The position numbers and the translations under genes are program-made. 64,000 bases of DNA from the sequence record MN022785.1; one strand, 5' to 3'. Below are positions 1 through 8,684 of this stretch, piece after piece. Position 1 is the stretch's first letter; each line of letters opens with the position of its first letter. A model generated the notes under the pieces. That model saw only the letters and a list, made by a program, of their open reading frames with translations. It searched no databases and was not told the DNA's origin. The DNA is from Escherichia phage VEc20.

Positions 1-994
1 CATTTGCCAACGACTGCTGGGTTTTAATATTATCTCGGTATTCATCAACAAGAACTTTTAAATTATCACGATGTGTTGAAAGCTGTTCAAACGAATGTGT
101 GCATTCAGAAACTTTATCTTTAATTTTAGAAACAACTTTATCACCGGAACTTAATTGTGACAAGCAGGTTGGACATAATCCACCTTCGTGATACATATTA
201 ATGACTTTATTATATGAGTCAATTTTTGATTTAATTAAAACTGCTTCTTGACCGATTTTATTAAATGCATCAGTCGGGTCTTCATCTAAAACAATATTAA
301 CTAATCTTTCATTAGCTTTTTCTATTTCCGATTTTAGCGTTCTAGCTTCTTTTGCCAAATCATCATACATATTTTGCAGACGAGTAAGATTGTCACCCGT
401 TAATTTTTTCTGGCGTTCAACGTTATCATTATATATTTTAATTTGTTGGATAATACTATCTTTTTTAACGTCAAGCACTTGGTTTTGTGAATTTAATTCA
501 CGTATTAGTGCTTTATTAAGCTTATCCATTTCAGCTAATGTTCCTACCTCAAGCAGGTCTTCCACAAGCTTTCTTCGCGCAGGGGTCGACAAACCCATGA
601 AAGGGGTATACCCTGCTGTACCAAGGACAACAATCTGCTTGAAACTGGCATATGACATTCCGATAAGCTGTTCAAATTCTGCTTGGAAATCTTTACTGCT
701 GGCAGATTCATTAAGACGTGTACCGTTAACGGTGATTTCAAAAACGTTCGGTTTTTGTCCTCTTTTGATATAGTACTTTTTCTCATCATATTCCATCCAC
801 AGTTCAACTAAAAGTTCTTTCTTATTTGTGCTGTTTATTAATTGGCCTTTCTTTACATCACGAAATGGCTTGCCAAAAAGCCCAAATGTGATGGCTTCTA
901 ACATAGTAGACTTACCACCGCCATTTCGTCCAGTAATAAGAGTTTTTTGAACCTTATCTAATTGAATGTCAATAGGATTTCCACCTACTGACAT
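1..994 (-). CDS. 46: Recombination nuclease subunit gp46 (SbcC/Rad50-like ATPase), N-terminal part; gene runs off the window start
   Basis: Hand translation of the reverse strand from 994 gives MSVGGNPIDIQLDKVQKTLITGRNGGGKSTM with a P-loop; lies directly downstream of gp47 as in T4. Not in the ORF track because it is truncated by the window edge. Confidence 0.8.
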   Translation of the reverse strand, partial: MSVGGNPIDIQLDKVQKTLITGRNGGGKSTMLEAITFGLFGKPFRDVKKGQLINSTNKKELLVELWMEYDEKKYYIKRGQKPNVFEITVNGTRLNESASSKDFQAEFEQLIGMSYASFKQIVVLGTAGYTPFMGLSTPARRKLVEDLLEVGTLAEMDKLNKALIRELNSQNQVLDVKKDSIIQQIKIYNDNVERQKKLTGDNLTRLQNMYDDLAKEARTLKSEIEKANERLVNIVLDEDPTDAFNKIGQEAVLIKSKIDSYNKVINMYHEGGLCPTCLSQLSSGDKVVSKIKDKVSECTHSFEQLSTHRDNLKVLVDEYRDNIKTQQSLAN

Positions 995-1032
995 TATATT
1001 TTGATACCTAACTCGGTTTAGTTTAAAATTCT

Positions 1033-1248
1033 TCACAAAAGATTCCTTTTAATGTATCTTTTAGACCATTCTATCATATCATCATAATCTAAAAAGTATT
1101 CATCAAATTCAGCCATGCAAACAACGCCTTGTGCTGTTTTTGATGTAATATAAATTATTCCAACATATCTAGAATCTTCTTCGGTATAATCAATGTTTGC
1201 TATGAATTCATCATTAATGTCAAATGTCGAAAACTTCACAGTATGCAT
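1033..1248 (-). CDS. Small hypothetical early protein between genes 47 and 46 (46.1-like)
   Basis: ORF 1033..1296; start placed at internal Met (MHTVKF) to limit overlap with the upstream ORF. Start uncertain. Confidence 0.4.
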   Translation of the reverse strand: MHTVKFSTFDINDEFIANIDYTEEDSRYVGIIYITSKTAQGVVCMAEFDEYFLDYDDMIEWSKRYIKRNLL

Positions 1249-1483
1249 CCTTAATACAAGATACGGCCATATCTCGTAATGACTTAGGTGTGTCATTATC
1301 TAAAATGTTGAAGTTAAAGGACACAGCCCAGTCAGTGCAGACCGTAACCTTTTTAATACAATTATCTTCAACCTCTAGCGGTTCAAACCAATATTCAATA
1401 ATTTCTTTATGCCCAATATCATCTTTTACTTCGCATTCAAAATGCTGACTCATCATAACATTTTTAAATTCATCAAAAGTCAT
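1220..1483 (-). CDS. Small hypothetical early protein (46.2-like)
   Basis: 87-aa ORF; its start overlaps the gp47 stop in ATGA fashion. Confidence 0.5.
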   Translation of the reverse strand: MTFDEFKNVMMSQHFECEVKDDIGHKEIIEYWFEPLEVEDNCIKKVTVCTDWAVSFNFNILDNDTPKSLRDMAVSCIKDAYCEVFDI

Positions 1484-2499
1484 TGTGTTGCCTCTACATA
1501 TAGCTGATTTGCATATTGAATAAGTGCTTCACGGTCAGAATCGGTGATGTCTGGAATTGCATTAATGTATTCTTCCATCAATGTCTGAAGCGATTGAACT
1601 TCAACTTCTTCACTGTCATCTGACTCGACAGAGTTATCAATCTTTGACACAACTCGTAATGAATGCACAACTTTCTCTAGTTCAGATTCGAACTTCGTCA
1701 GATTTTTGTCTACTTCAGTTACTATAACACGTACTGATAGATTTGTAAAATCTTTATAGTCAATTTTTCCTTTAAATGGATAATGAATTCTACGATGCCA
1801 GGTAGTATTATTTGGAATAAATTCCATTCGTTCTGTTTCTGTATCAAACATCCAGAACCCACGAGGGTCATTCTCGTCACCTGCTGTTAGTGTCCATGGT
1901 GTCCCAATATATCTGACGTTAGCAGCCTCAGAAATAGTATGGAAGTGACCAGACCACACTTCTTTATAAGTCTTAAGGAAATCAGGTTCAAGACCATGAG
2001 ATTTCATTCCTTTATAAAAATAAAATCCATTCAGTTCCCAGTGACCAACACAAAAAGAAGCAGATGAAGTTTTGATATGCTCAAGAATTTCACCAGTATT
2101 TTCTTCACACATCCAAGGAATTAAATCAATTAAACATCCGTCAAAATCTACTGTAGTAGGCTTATCATATACTTTAACATTAGGATATTTAGCCAAAAGC
2201 TCAGTAGAGGCATTTGGATGCATTACATTTTTATAGTGGAGATCGTGATTTCCTACAATAGTATGTAATGTGATTCCAGCACCATCAAGCATTTGAACTA
2301 TTTCACGGGCAAACTCCATAGTTTTATGCGTGATTGCTTTTCGCACATCAAAAATATCACCATATTGAATCCATACAGTAATTCCATTTTTCTTAGAATA
2401 TTCTATCGCTTGCTTAATTCCATCAATTTGAATACCGCGAATCCACTCATCATCAGCTTTAACGCCTAAATGCCAATCACCTAAATTTAAAATTTTCAT
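1480..2499 (-). CDS. 47: Recombination nuclease subunit gp47 (SbcD/Mre11-like phosphoesterase)
   Basis: 339 aa, same length as T4 gp47; metallophosphoesterase motifs (GDWHLG, GDIFD, GNHD). Confidence 0.9.
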   Translation of the reverse strand: MKILNLGDWHLGVKADDEWIRGIQIDGIKQAIEYSKKNGITVWIQYGDIFDVRKAITHKTMEFAREIVQMLDGAGITLHTIVGNHDLHYKNVMHPNASTELLAKYPNVKVYDKPTTVDFDGCLIDLIPWMCEENTGEILEHIKTSSASFCVGHWELNGFYFYKGMKSHGLEPDFLKTYKEVWSGHFHTISEAANVRYIGTPWTLTAGDENDPRGFWMFDTETERMEFIPNNTTWHRRIHYPFKGKIDYKDFTNLSVRVIVTEVDKNLTKFESELEKVVHSLRVVSKIDNSVESDDSEEVEVQSLQTLMEEYINAIPDITDSDREALIQYANQLYVEATQ

Positions 2500-2658
2500 A
2501 TATCAAGAACCGTCATTGAAATGCAAAATAAAATTATTGAAATAAACCCATCTGGTGTGCTAAAGAAACCAATCCAGCATGCTCTAGTGAATAGATAAAA
2601 TGCAAGAAAAAGTATCACATATCCAAGAAATATCATTATATCAAACTCCGTATAAAGC

Positions 2659-2678
2659 TAAAGGGCCGAAGCCCTTTA
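2659..2678 (-). terminator. UUCG-tetraloop hairpin at 3' end of a-gt
   Basis: Plus strand aaagggccgaagcccttt; on the minus strand a GC stem with UUCG loop. Confidence 0.5.
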
Positions 2679-3878
2679 TTTTGTAATAATGTCAAACTGT
2701 TCTTTAAAGCAGAAGCTTGAATCTTGATGCTGATACAAAAATTCATATGCTTTTTCTCGCTCACGGTCATAAAGAGCTCGGTCAGATGACAGTTCTTTAA
2801 TACGTTCAAACGTTGATTCCATATCATTTTCATCAAACCAAATGATACCGCTATCATGCGAGGTCAAAGGAGTATTATCAACACGGAATTTTAAATTTTC
2901 GCCAGTAGATTTCCAAAATACCGGAATTGTTCCACATGCACCAAGCTCGAGATGAGTATATTCTAAAGAACGTTGCAGATATTTTTTATCCAACTTACTC
3001 AACTGATAACCAAATCCGGATTTACTCATGCGTTCAAGCATTTCGCTATTTACATAACGGTCAAGAATTTGCGTTGGCAAATTAGGAGCAATTTTAATTT
3101 GGTCTACTTGATGAAGACGATAATACTCGTATGGAATTCCTTTTTCTTTAATAGGAATGAACGCTGGAGAACGTTCCAGACCTTCCATAATAGTACTTAG
3201 TCCTGCAGGTTTAAGATGTTTTTCATGAAAATCAAACATCTGATAAAAACCTTTCCATGTAGTCGTACGACCAATCCAACGGTTGATATTCATGTTAATT
3301 TCAGAAACATCTTTCCAGTAGGTTGACCGAACCTTCGCAATATCCATAGGAGGCTGAAAGTTATATACTGTCGGTGCTTCTTCAATATCATCAAACAGAG
3401 AAACAGTTTCTGGATACCATTCTTTCATCAGAACTTTATTAAAATCACCATTATCAGAATGACTAAAAATAACATCAGCTCGACGAACAGTTTCTTCTAA
3501 TCCCAAATTTCGACGCAAAGAAAGAGAAGAATGGTCATGTTGATAAACTACAACACGAACAGAAGGTTTAATGTTATCAATAATTTTTTTATAGTTATTA
3601 ATAGTGTCTTCTTCAACTGAAGTAGCAGGAACTGAATTGATAATTAGAATATCACAATCATTTACCAGCTTAAGTGTTTTATCGTATTCTTTTGCCAATA
3701 AAACCGGAATTGAAAATGATTTATAATCATGCGCACAGTTACGAGTAAATGATTTATCTTTGGCATAAACCAAAGTTACTTCATGACCATTTTTAATAAA
3801 CCAATCACGTTGCTCAAGTGAGAATTTTGTTACACCACAACCTTCAAGACCTCGAGCCATAAAAATACATACTTTCAT
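2676..3878 (-). CDS. a-gt: DNA alpha-glucosyltransferase
   Basis: 400 aa, matches T4 alpha-gt length and recalled sequence (MKVCIFMARGLEGCGVTKFSLEQRDWFIKNGHEVTLVYAKD...). Confidence 0.9.
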   Translation of the reverse strand: MKVCIFMARGLEGCGVTKFSLEQRDWFIKNGHEVTLVYAKDKSFTRNCAHDYKSFSIPVLLAKEYDKTLKLVNDCDILIINSVPATSVEEDTINNYKKIIDNIKPSVRVVVYQHDHSSLSLRRNLGLEETVRRADVIFSHSDNGDFNKVLMKEWYPETVSLFDDIEEAPTVYNFQPPMDIAKVRSTYWKDVSEINMNINRWIGRTTTWKGFYQMFDFHEKHLKPAGLSTIMEGLERSPAFIPIKEKGIPYEYYRLHQVDQIKIAPNLPTQILDRYVNSEMLERMSKSGFGYQLSKLDKKYLQRSLEYTHLELGACGTIPVFWKSTGENLKFRVDNTPLTSHDSGIIWFDENDMESTFERIKELSSDRALYDREREKAYEFLYQHQDSSFCFKEQFDIITK

Positions 3879-3944
3879 TTAATATCCTCTTTGTTTTGGT
3901 TTATTTTACCAAAAATTTATAAAGCAATATAGGAGCCGAAGCTC

Positions 3945-4136
3945 CTATCCACATAATACGCCATACAGAGGCTCGTTAGAACTTTTAAATTTTATGCGCT
4001 TATATTTTATAGTTCCTTCTGCTTTAGCTTTATCATGAGACTCTTTAAAGCGTCTCATCATTTCCTCTTGAGAGGAACGAATTTTATTATAATCTATTTC
4101 AGAAGTCTGGTGTTCATCTTTCATAACTGCCACCAT
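3945..4136 (-). CDS. Small hypothetical protein
   Basis: 63-aa ORF in the a-gt/55 interval, basic/charged. Confidence 0.45.
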   Translation of the reverse strand: MVAVMKDEHQTSEIDYNKIRSSQEEMMRRFKESHDKAKAEGTIKYKRIKFKSSNEPLYGVLCG

Positions 4137-4327
4137 TTTTTGACTTGATAAGAATCAACCCACACTTTCATATTGGGGTCTGCTCTTACAATAGGAGGAT
4201 TAACTTCTTTAATTGAACTATCATGGTATTCTTTTTCAGAAATTTTCACACAAAGATGACCATTCAAAGATTCAGTAAATCCTGCATTAATTTTAAGACG
4301 CTTGAATTTTACGTGTGTAAGCATCAA
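4121..4327 (-). CDS. Small hypothetical protein
   Basis: 68-aa ORF, tightly packed with neighbours. Confidence 0.45.
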   Translation of the reverse strand: MMLTHVKFKRLKINAGFTESLNGHLCVKISEKEYHDSSIKEVNPPIVRADPNMKVWVDSYQVKKWWQL

Positions 4328-4610
4328 TCATATCCTCAATCTGCGATCTAGTAGTCTTCCAAAGAATACTGATGAGTTCATCGTTATATGGCTGTTTCAG
4401 AATATCCCGACTTTTCTTGATAGCATATTCGTATTGAGCAAAATTATTGTTTTCAGCTGCGATCTGAGCGTGCTTATAAAGACGATTCAGTTCGCGTTTG
4501 TTTTTAGACAATAACTTATTTGCTTTTCTTTCTGCTTCAAGACGGTTCTTTTCTTCAATAGAAGAAATAAGCTTTTCCACTTCATCATTAATTTCGGGTT
4601 TATCAGTCAT
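4293..4610 (-). CDS. Hypothetical protein, charged/coiled-coil-like
   Basis: 105-aa ORF. Confidence 0.5.
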   Translation of the reverse strand: MTDKPEINDEVEKLISSIEEKNRLEAERKANKLLSKNKRELNRLYKHAQIAAENNNFAQYEYAIKKSRDILKQPYNDELISILWKTTRSQIEDMIDAYTRKIQAS

Positions 4611-4611
4611 A

Positions 4612-4830
4612 TTATTTCTCTAATATAAAATAAAAATCATCATCTGTTAAATGATACCTGTAATTTAATTCTACACCATTAGATTTAAAAGCGGTATCAT
4701 ACGGATTTTCTGGATCAATATCAATGTCAAGAGCTAAAACTTCCCTGAGATACATTTTAAGTAAATAGGGAATAGCTTCAACTTCAGGTATTTCTTCCAA
4801 GAATCCGGAGAGGTTAATCGTTAGCCTCAT
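4612..4830 (-). CDS. Small hypothetical protein
   Basis: 72-aa ORF immediately downstream of gene 55. Confidence 0.5.
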
Positions 4831-5371
4831 ATAAAAAATCCAAACTAGGAGAATCGTCTACAACACTTTTCTTTTCAGCCCCCGGTGTTCTATAGGTTGA
4901 TTCTTCGTAATGCGTCATTTTATCGTAGATGTCTTGAATAAAAGTTTCATCTACTAACGCAACCATATCGTCGTCACGACTGTCATAGACATTGTGAACG
5001 AAGTAACTGTATTTCTTTGCAACTTCCTTACGTTCTTTTTTAATACGTTGGACGAATGCATTAAAACAAGCTTGAGTTATATATGCATGCGGGTTTTTAT
5101 ATTTCGTTTCATCAAAATTGTGAAGCCCCTTAATAGAAGCTTCTATACCATCTGCAATCATTTCTTGTTTCCAAGACTGGGTGTATCCTGAAAAGTTGAA
5201 ACGTTTAGATAAGCCTTCTGCAATAAGCATAATGGCTAATCCGATAGTATCATTCTGACGAACTACTTTATTTGGGTCTTTATTATTTGCTAATTCTGTT
5301 TTCCAATCAATAATAGCTTGTAAAAGCTCTTTATTGTTTACGTAATTATATTTAGGCTTAGTTTCTGACAT
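4814..5371 (-). CDS. 55: Late-transcription sigma factor gp55
   Basis: ORF 4814..5377; start set at the second Met so the protein begins [17 protein letters not shown] as recalled for T4 gp55 (185 aa). Confidence 0.9.
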
Positions 5372-5449
5372 TTTCACCTCTTAGCTCAATTCATAGATCT
5401 ATTATATCATAATATTTGAAGATCTATCTTAAAGCATAGAGGATATCAG

Positions 5450-5719
5450 TTATCTAAGTAAACAGTATGCTTGGAACACTTTTTCCATCATCTTTTTAAA
5501 TTCATGAATATCTATGTAATGACTAGTTAAATCAGCATGATATAAAAAGTCTAAAAACTTTTCATGTGTACTAACATATTCACTTTCATTTAATTCAGAA
5601 ACATGGCTTTCCCAATATCCAACACCAGTCTTATTTGGGAAAAATGAAATTTTCATGTATTTGTCAACATAGAAAATGCCATAATTTTCAATAGTAATAG
5701 AAATATTAATAAATTTCAT
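5450..5719 (-). CDS. Hypothetical protein
   Basis: 89-aa ORF. Confidence 0.45.
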   Translation of the reverse strand: MKFINISITIENYGIFYVDKYMKISFFPNKTGVGYWESHVSELNESEYVSTHEKFLDFLYHADLTSHYIDIHEFKKMMEKVFQAYCLLR

Positions 5720-5931
5720 ACATTCATCAACTTAGCCGCTTCAAGAGCTGCATCTAGTGAATCAAATTGATCAACATATTCAATCAATTCGCCGTAATTA
5801 GCATATAGCCACCATTGGCTAAATTCATACTCAAGGATGAATCCGTTTCCTTCAATTTGAGTTAAACCAATGCCATTTGTATTTACTTCATACCCAGCAA
5901 GACGTAAATCGTTAATAAGAGCTTCGTTCAT
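5716..5931 (-). CDS. Hypothetical protein
   Basis: 71-aa ORF, ATGA overlap with the downstream gene. Confidence 0.5.
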   Translation of the reverse strand: MNEALINDLRLAGYEVNTNGIGLTQIEGNGFILEYEFSQWWLYANYGELIEYVDQFDSLDAALEAAKLMNV

Positions 5932-5933
5932 AA

Positions 5934-6260
5934 TTATACCTTAGTAATTTTCAGGTCTGCAAATTTTTTCTTGCGTTGATTTTTCATGCGACGAATAGTT
6001 TTATCGGAAATTTCATGCTTTTGATAAGCTTTAGATTCTACACCAAAAGCTTTAACATCAAATTCTGACAAGATATATTGAACCAACAATTCACGGACAG
6101 TATTGCGTCCAATCTTCTGATCATTCTGTTTCATCGTCTGATGAAGCTCTTTTTCCCATTTATCCAAAATTTGAGGAGTTACAATATCGCCTTTTTCTAG
6201 CAAAGAAACTACTTTATCATATGCGTAAGAATTAATGACGTTTTTAATTTGAATAGTCAT
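5934..6260 (-). CDS. Hypothetical protein
   Basis: 108-aa ORF. Confidence 0.5.
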   Translation of the reverse strand: MTIQIKNVINSYAYDKVVSLLEKGDIVTPQILDKWEKELHQTMKQNDQKIGRNTVRELLVQYILSEFDVKAFGVESKAYQKHEISDKTIRRMKNQRKKKFADLKITKV

Positions 6261-6312
6261 ACATTATCCTCAATTACGTTAAAATTTTATTATCCAAAAA
6301 GGGCCGAAGCCC

Positions 6313-6513
6313 TTAGCTAAACTTTTTGGCACCCTTCCAGCCTTCGTACATCATTGCGACTGACAATGACAAAGCTCCTTCACATGCTGCATACTTATTA
6401 TTCCAGAACCAATTTAGAAAAACTTCATCCTCAATACCATTGTGTTTCATGTTCTGGAAAAATTTGGCGCGTTCTTCAGCAATTCGCTGCGATAATTTAG
6501 ATTCAGGATTCAT
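6313..6513 (-). CDS. Small hypothetical protein
   Basis: 66-aa ORF; UUCG hairpin (6296-6314) just downstream. Confidence 0.45.
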   Translation of the reverse strand: MNPESKLSQRIAEERAKFFQNMKHNGIEDEVFLNWFWNNKYAACEGALSLSVAMMYEGWKGAKKFS

Positions 6514-6645
6514 TTAAATTTCCCAATTACCATTTTCATCAATAAATTTAATCCAGTCATTTACTGACCACTTAGTTGTATCGCCTTTTGGAGTAACATT
6601 TAAAGTATATAACCCCTGCTTAAAAAGCATTCGTTTGATATTCAT
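6514..6645 (-). CDS. Small hypothetical protein
   Basis: ORF 6514..6729; internal Met start (MNIKRML) chosen to avoid overlap with the upstream ORF. Confidence 0.35.
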   Translation of the reverse strand: MNIKRMLFKQGLYTLNVTPKGDTTKWSVNDWIKFIDENGNWEI

Positions 6646-6652
6646 ATTTTCC

Positions 6653-6946
6653 TCAGCTATAACGATAACACTCGTTTGATTTACGTTTAGCAACTCGTTG
6701 AGAAGTATTGTAATCAAAATCATCGTCAATGTAAACTGATTTTTTCAACTTTCTTACTTCACCACGTAATTGGCGATTTAGCTCATCTTTAACTTCTGAA
6801 TCGATGCCTTTCATTCTACGCCATTTATCAGAGCGAAAAATGTTTTCAACCATATCTTTATGACTTACACCATCAGGAGCTTTACGCTTTCCGAAATAGT
6901 CATAATCACGAACTTTCAAGTCTTTACGACGATACGTTTTACCCAT
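6653..6946 (-). CDS. Basic hypothetical protein
   Basis: ORF 6653..6991; internal Met start (MGKTYRRK). Confidence 0.45.
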   Translation of the reverse strand: MGKTYRRKDLKVRDYDYFGKRKAPDGVSHKDMVENIFRSDKWRRMKGIDSEVKDELNRQLRGEVRKLKKSVYIDDDFDYNTSQRVAKRKSNECYRYS

Positions 6947-7146
6947 GGAGTTTAATTTCCTTAGCAACTGAACTAAATACAGCACGATCACAAATCAAGC
7001 GTTTATTCCATTTAAGTAAAGTATAGTGAACCTCAAAATCATCTACTGCTGTAACAATAACGATATGTCCATTAACACGATAATACTGATCTCTTTTAAT
7101 CTCTTTATTAACCATATCAAATCCTCAAAGGTAATTCATGTGTTAA

Positions 7147-7175
7147 TAATACCATAGTTTGAACTCGTTGTAAAC
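7147..7175 (-). promoter_or_regulatory. T4-type early promoter-like element (GTTTACA -35, TATTAT -10 on the minus strand)
   Basis: Reverse complement reads GTTTACA, 17 nt, TATTAT; the tgtaaacaactttgtgaaaaat repeat is shared with other such elements. Confidence 0.5.
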
Positions 7176-7250
7176 AACTTTGTGAAAAATATTTTAGGGA
7201 ATGATAAGAAAGGAACGATAACTTAGAATGGTAATATACAGAATGTGAGA

Positions 7251-7272
7251 AAGAAAGGCCCAGAGGGCCCGT
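7251..7272 (-). terminator. Hairpin terminator-like element downstream of the nrdH-like gene
   Basis: ggcccagagggcc palindrome followed by a T-rich run on the minus strand. Confidence 0.45.
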
Positions 7273-7273
7273 C

Positions 7274-7598
7274 TTAATCTTCTATGATATCTCTATCATA
7301 TCCAAGTGAAATGAGAGTTTCTTTGAAGTGTTTAATGTTCTTTTGTCTAGAATCATTAATAAAAATGACTGGATAACGAATGTTAAGAGATGTGAATCCA
7401 GCGCGTTTAGCAAGAGATACAATCAGCGGACGATCATACTCAATCTTACCATTATTTGTAAGAACTTTATAGAAAGTAAAAGGAGCATTGAGCTCCTTTA
7501 GAAGTTTTGTAACTGATTGACATCCAGGACAACGACCTACTTCATCTGGAATTCCATAGACTTCAATCTTATTCTTTAAGTTCGAGTTTTGTTCCACG
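7274..7598 (-). CDS. nrdH: Glutaredoxin-like protein (NrdH-like), probable GTG start
   Basis: CPGC redox motif in a glutaredoxin-like fold; no ATG before the domain, GTG at 7598 is preceded by AAGGA. Position next to nrdG/nrdD as in T4. Confidence 0.5.
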
Positions 7599-7880
7599 AG
7601 AAATAATTCCTTGGTAAGCCCAATAAGGAGGATTAACAGAATCCTCGCCAGAGTTTTCTTCAGGAAAATAAACCTGGATAACAAATCCAGATGCATCAAA
7701 GGTAAAATAAACCGTAGGCAGTTCACCTAACAATTCGGCACGAGCATTAATTTCTTCGAGATCTCGTTCACGTCCAGCCCAAAAACTAGGATTTAGACTA
7801 CATTCGTAAAAATAATAGTCATTACCGAACATATCAAAACCCTTCCAACTCTCTACCACATACCGCTCAAAACTAATCAT
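7569..7880 (-). CDS. Hypothetical protein
   Basis: 103-aa ORF. Confidence 0.5.
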   Translation of the reverse strand: MISFERYVVESWKGFDMFGNDYYFYECSLNPSFWAGRERDLEEINARAELLGELPTVYFTFDASGFVIQVYFPEENSGEDSVNPPYWAYQGIISRGTKLELKE

Positions 7881-7882
7881 AA

Positions 7883-8098
7883 TTAAGCCTTTTTATCAAG
7901 AACAGAATTCAGCTTGTTAGTAATTTTATCCAGACGCTCATTGAACTCGCTAGAAGATAAACCCTTTTCTGGAGAAATCAAACTAATCACGAAAAATATA
8001 GCAATAAAAGGAATAAGGAAAATAGCTCCAACTGCCATAAACAGAAAGAATGTTACAGTTGTAAGAAAATCAGCTAAACCTTTACGAAATTTATACAT
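7883..8098 (-). CDS. Small membrane protein
   Basis: 71 aa with one strongly hydrophobic segment (FFLFMAVGAIFLIPFIAIFFVISLI). Confidence 0.5.
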   Translation of the reverse strand: MYKFRKGLADFLTTVTFFLFMAVGAIFLIPFIAIFFVISLISPEKGLSSSEFNERLDKITNKLNSVLDKKA

Positions 8099-8213
8099 AT
8101 TTTACCCTTAATTGATTAACCAAGCATTGATAAGCACTAAACTATACTGCGAATAAAATTCTGGACCAAAATGAAAAATCATATCATTTATAGTATCCAT
8201 AATGTAATTCAAT

Positions 8214-8684
8214 TTAATCATGTTTCCACACCCCATCGGTATTTGACCAAAGCCGCTGATTATCTGATCCTCTCCACAGCTTTTTGGTCGGAAGATTTTT
8301 CTCATACTTCCCATCAATAATAACATCAACATATTTAAGCATTTCTAGTTGTTTAATATCTTCAAACTTATATCCTGTCCACAACCAAATGCTTTTATTT
8401 GGATAAAGATTTTTTACTGTTTGAACAATGCAATGAATAACATCTCGATTATCAGGATAGAGAGGGTCTCCTCCAGTTATAGTTAATCCTTCTATATAAT
8501 CATTATTCAAACATTCAATTAATTGTTCTAGTGTTTCACCAGTGAATGGAATACCATTTCTAGCATTCCATGTTGATTTATTATAACACCCTTCGCATTT
8601 ATGCAAACAACCTGTAACGAAAAGAACGACCCTGCAACCAGGGCCATTCACAAAATCGCAAGGATAAAATCTATCATAATTCAT
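8214..8684 (-). CDS. nrdG: Anaerobic ribonucleotide reductase activating protein (radical SAM)
   Basis: 156 aa; CxxxCxxC cluster (CLHKCEGC); ATGA overlap with nrdD. Confidence 0.9.
   Translation of the reverse strand: MNYDRFYPCDFVNGPGCRVVLFVTGCLHKCEGCYNKSTWNARNGIPFTGETLEQLIECLNNDYIEGLTITGGDPLYPDNRDVIHCIVQTVKNLYPNKSIWLWTGYKFEDIKQLEMLKYVDVIIDGKYEKNLPTKKLWRGSDNQRLWSNTDGVWKHD

Noticed and set aside
390-773. Plus-strand 127-aa ORF
   Set aside because: Lies antisense inside the gp46 coding region verified by hand translation on the minus strand; low-complexity sequence; no ribosome-binding site.
544-807. Minus-strand 87-aa ORF
   Set aside because: Wrong frame within gp46; the gp46 frame with the P-loop is the real gene.
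2636-2857. Minus-strand 73-aa ORF overlapping the 3' end of a-gt
   Set aside because: Alternative frame of a-gt with no independent support.
8108-8332. 74-aa ORF overlapping the 3' end of nrdG
   Set aside because: Mostly an alternative frame of nrdG; a much shorter real peptide starting at an internal Met cannot be excluded but is not supported.
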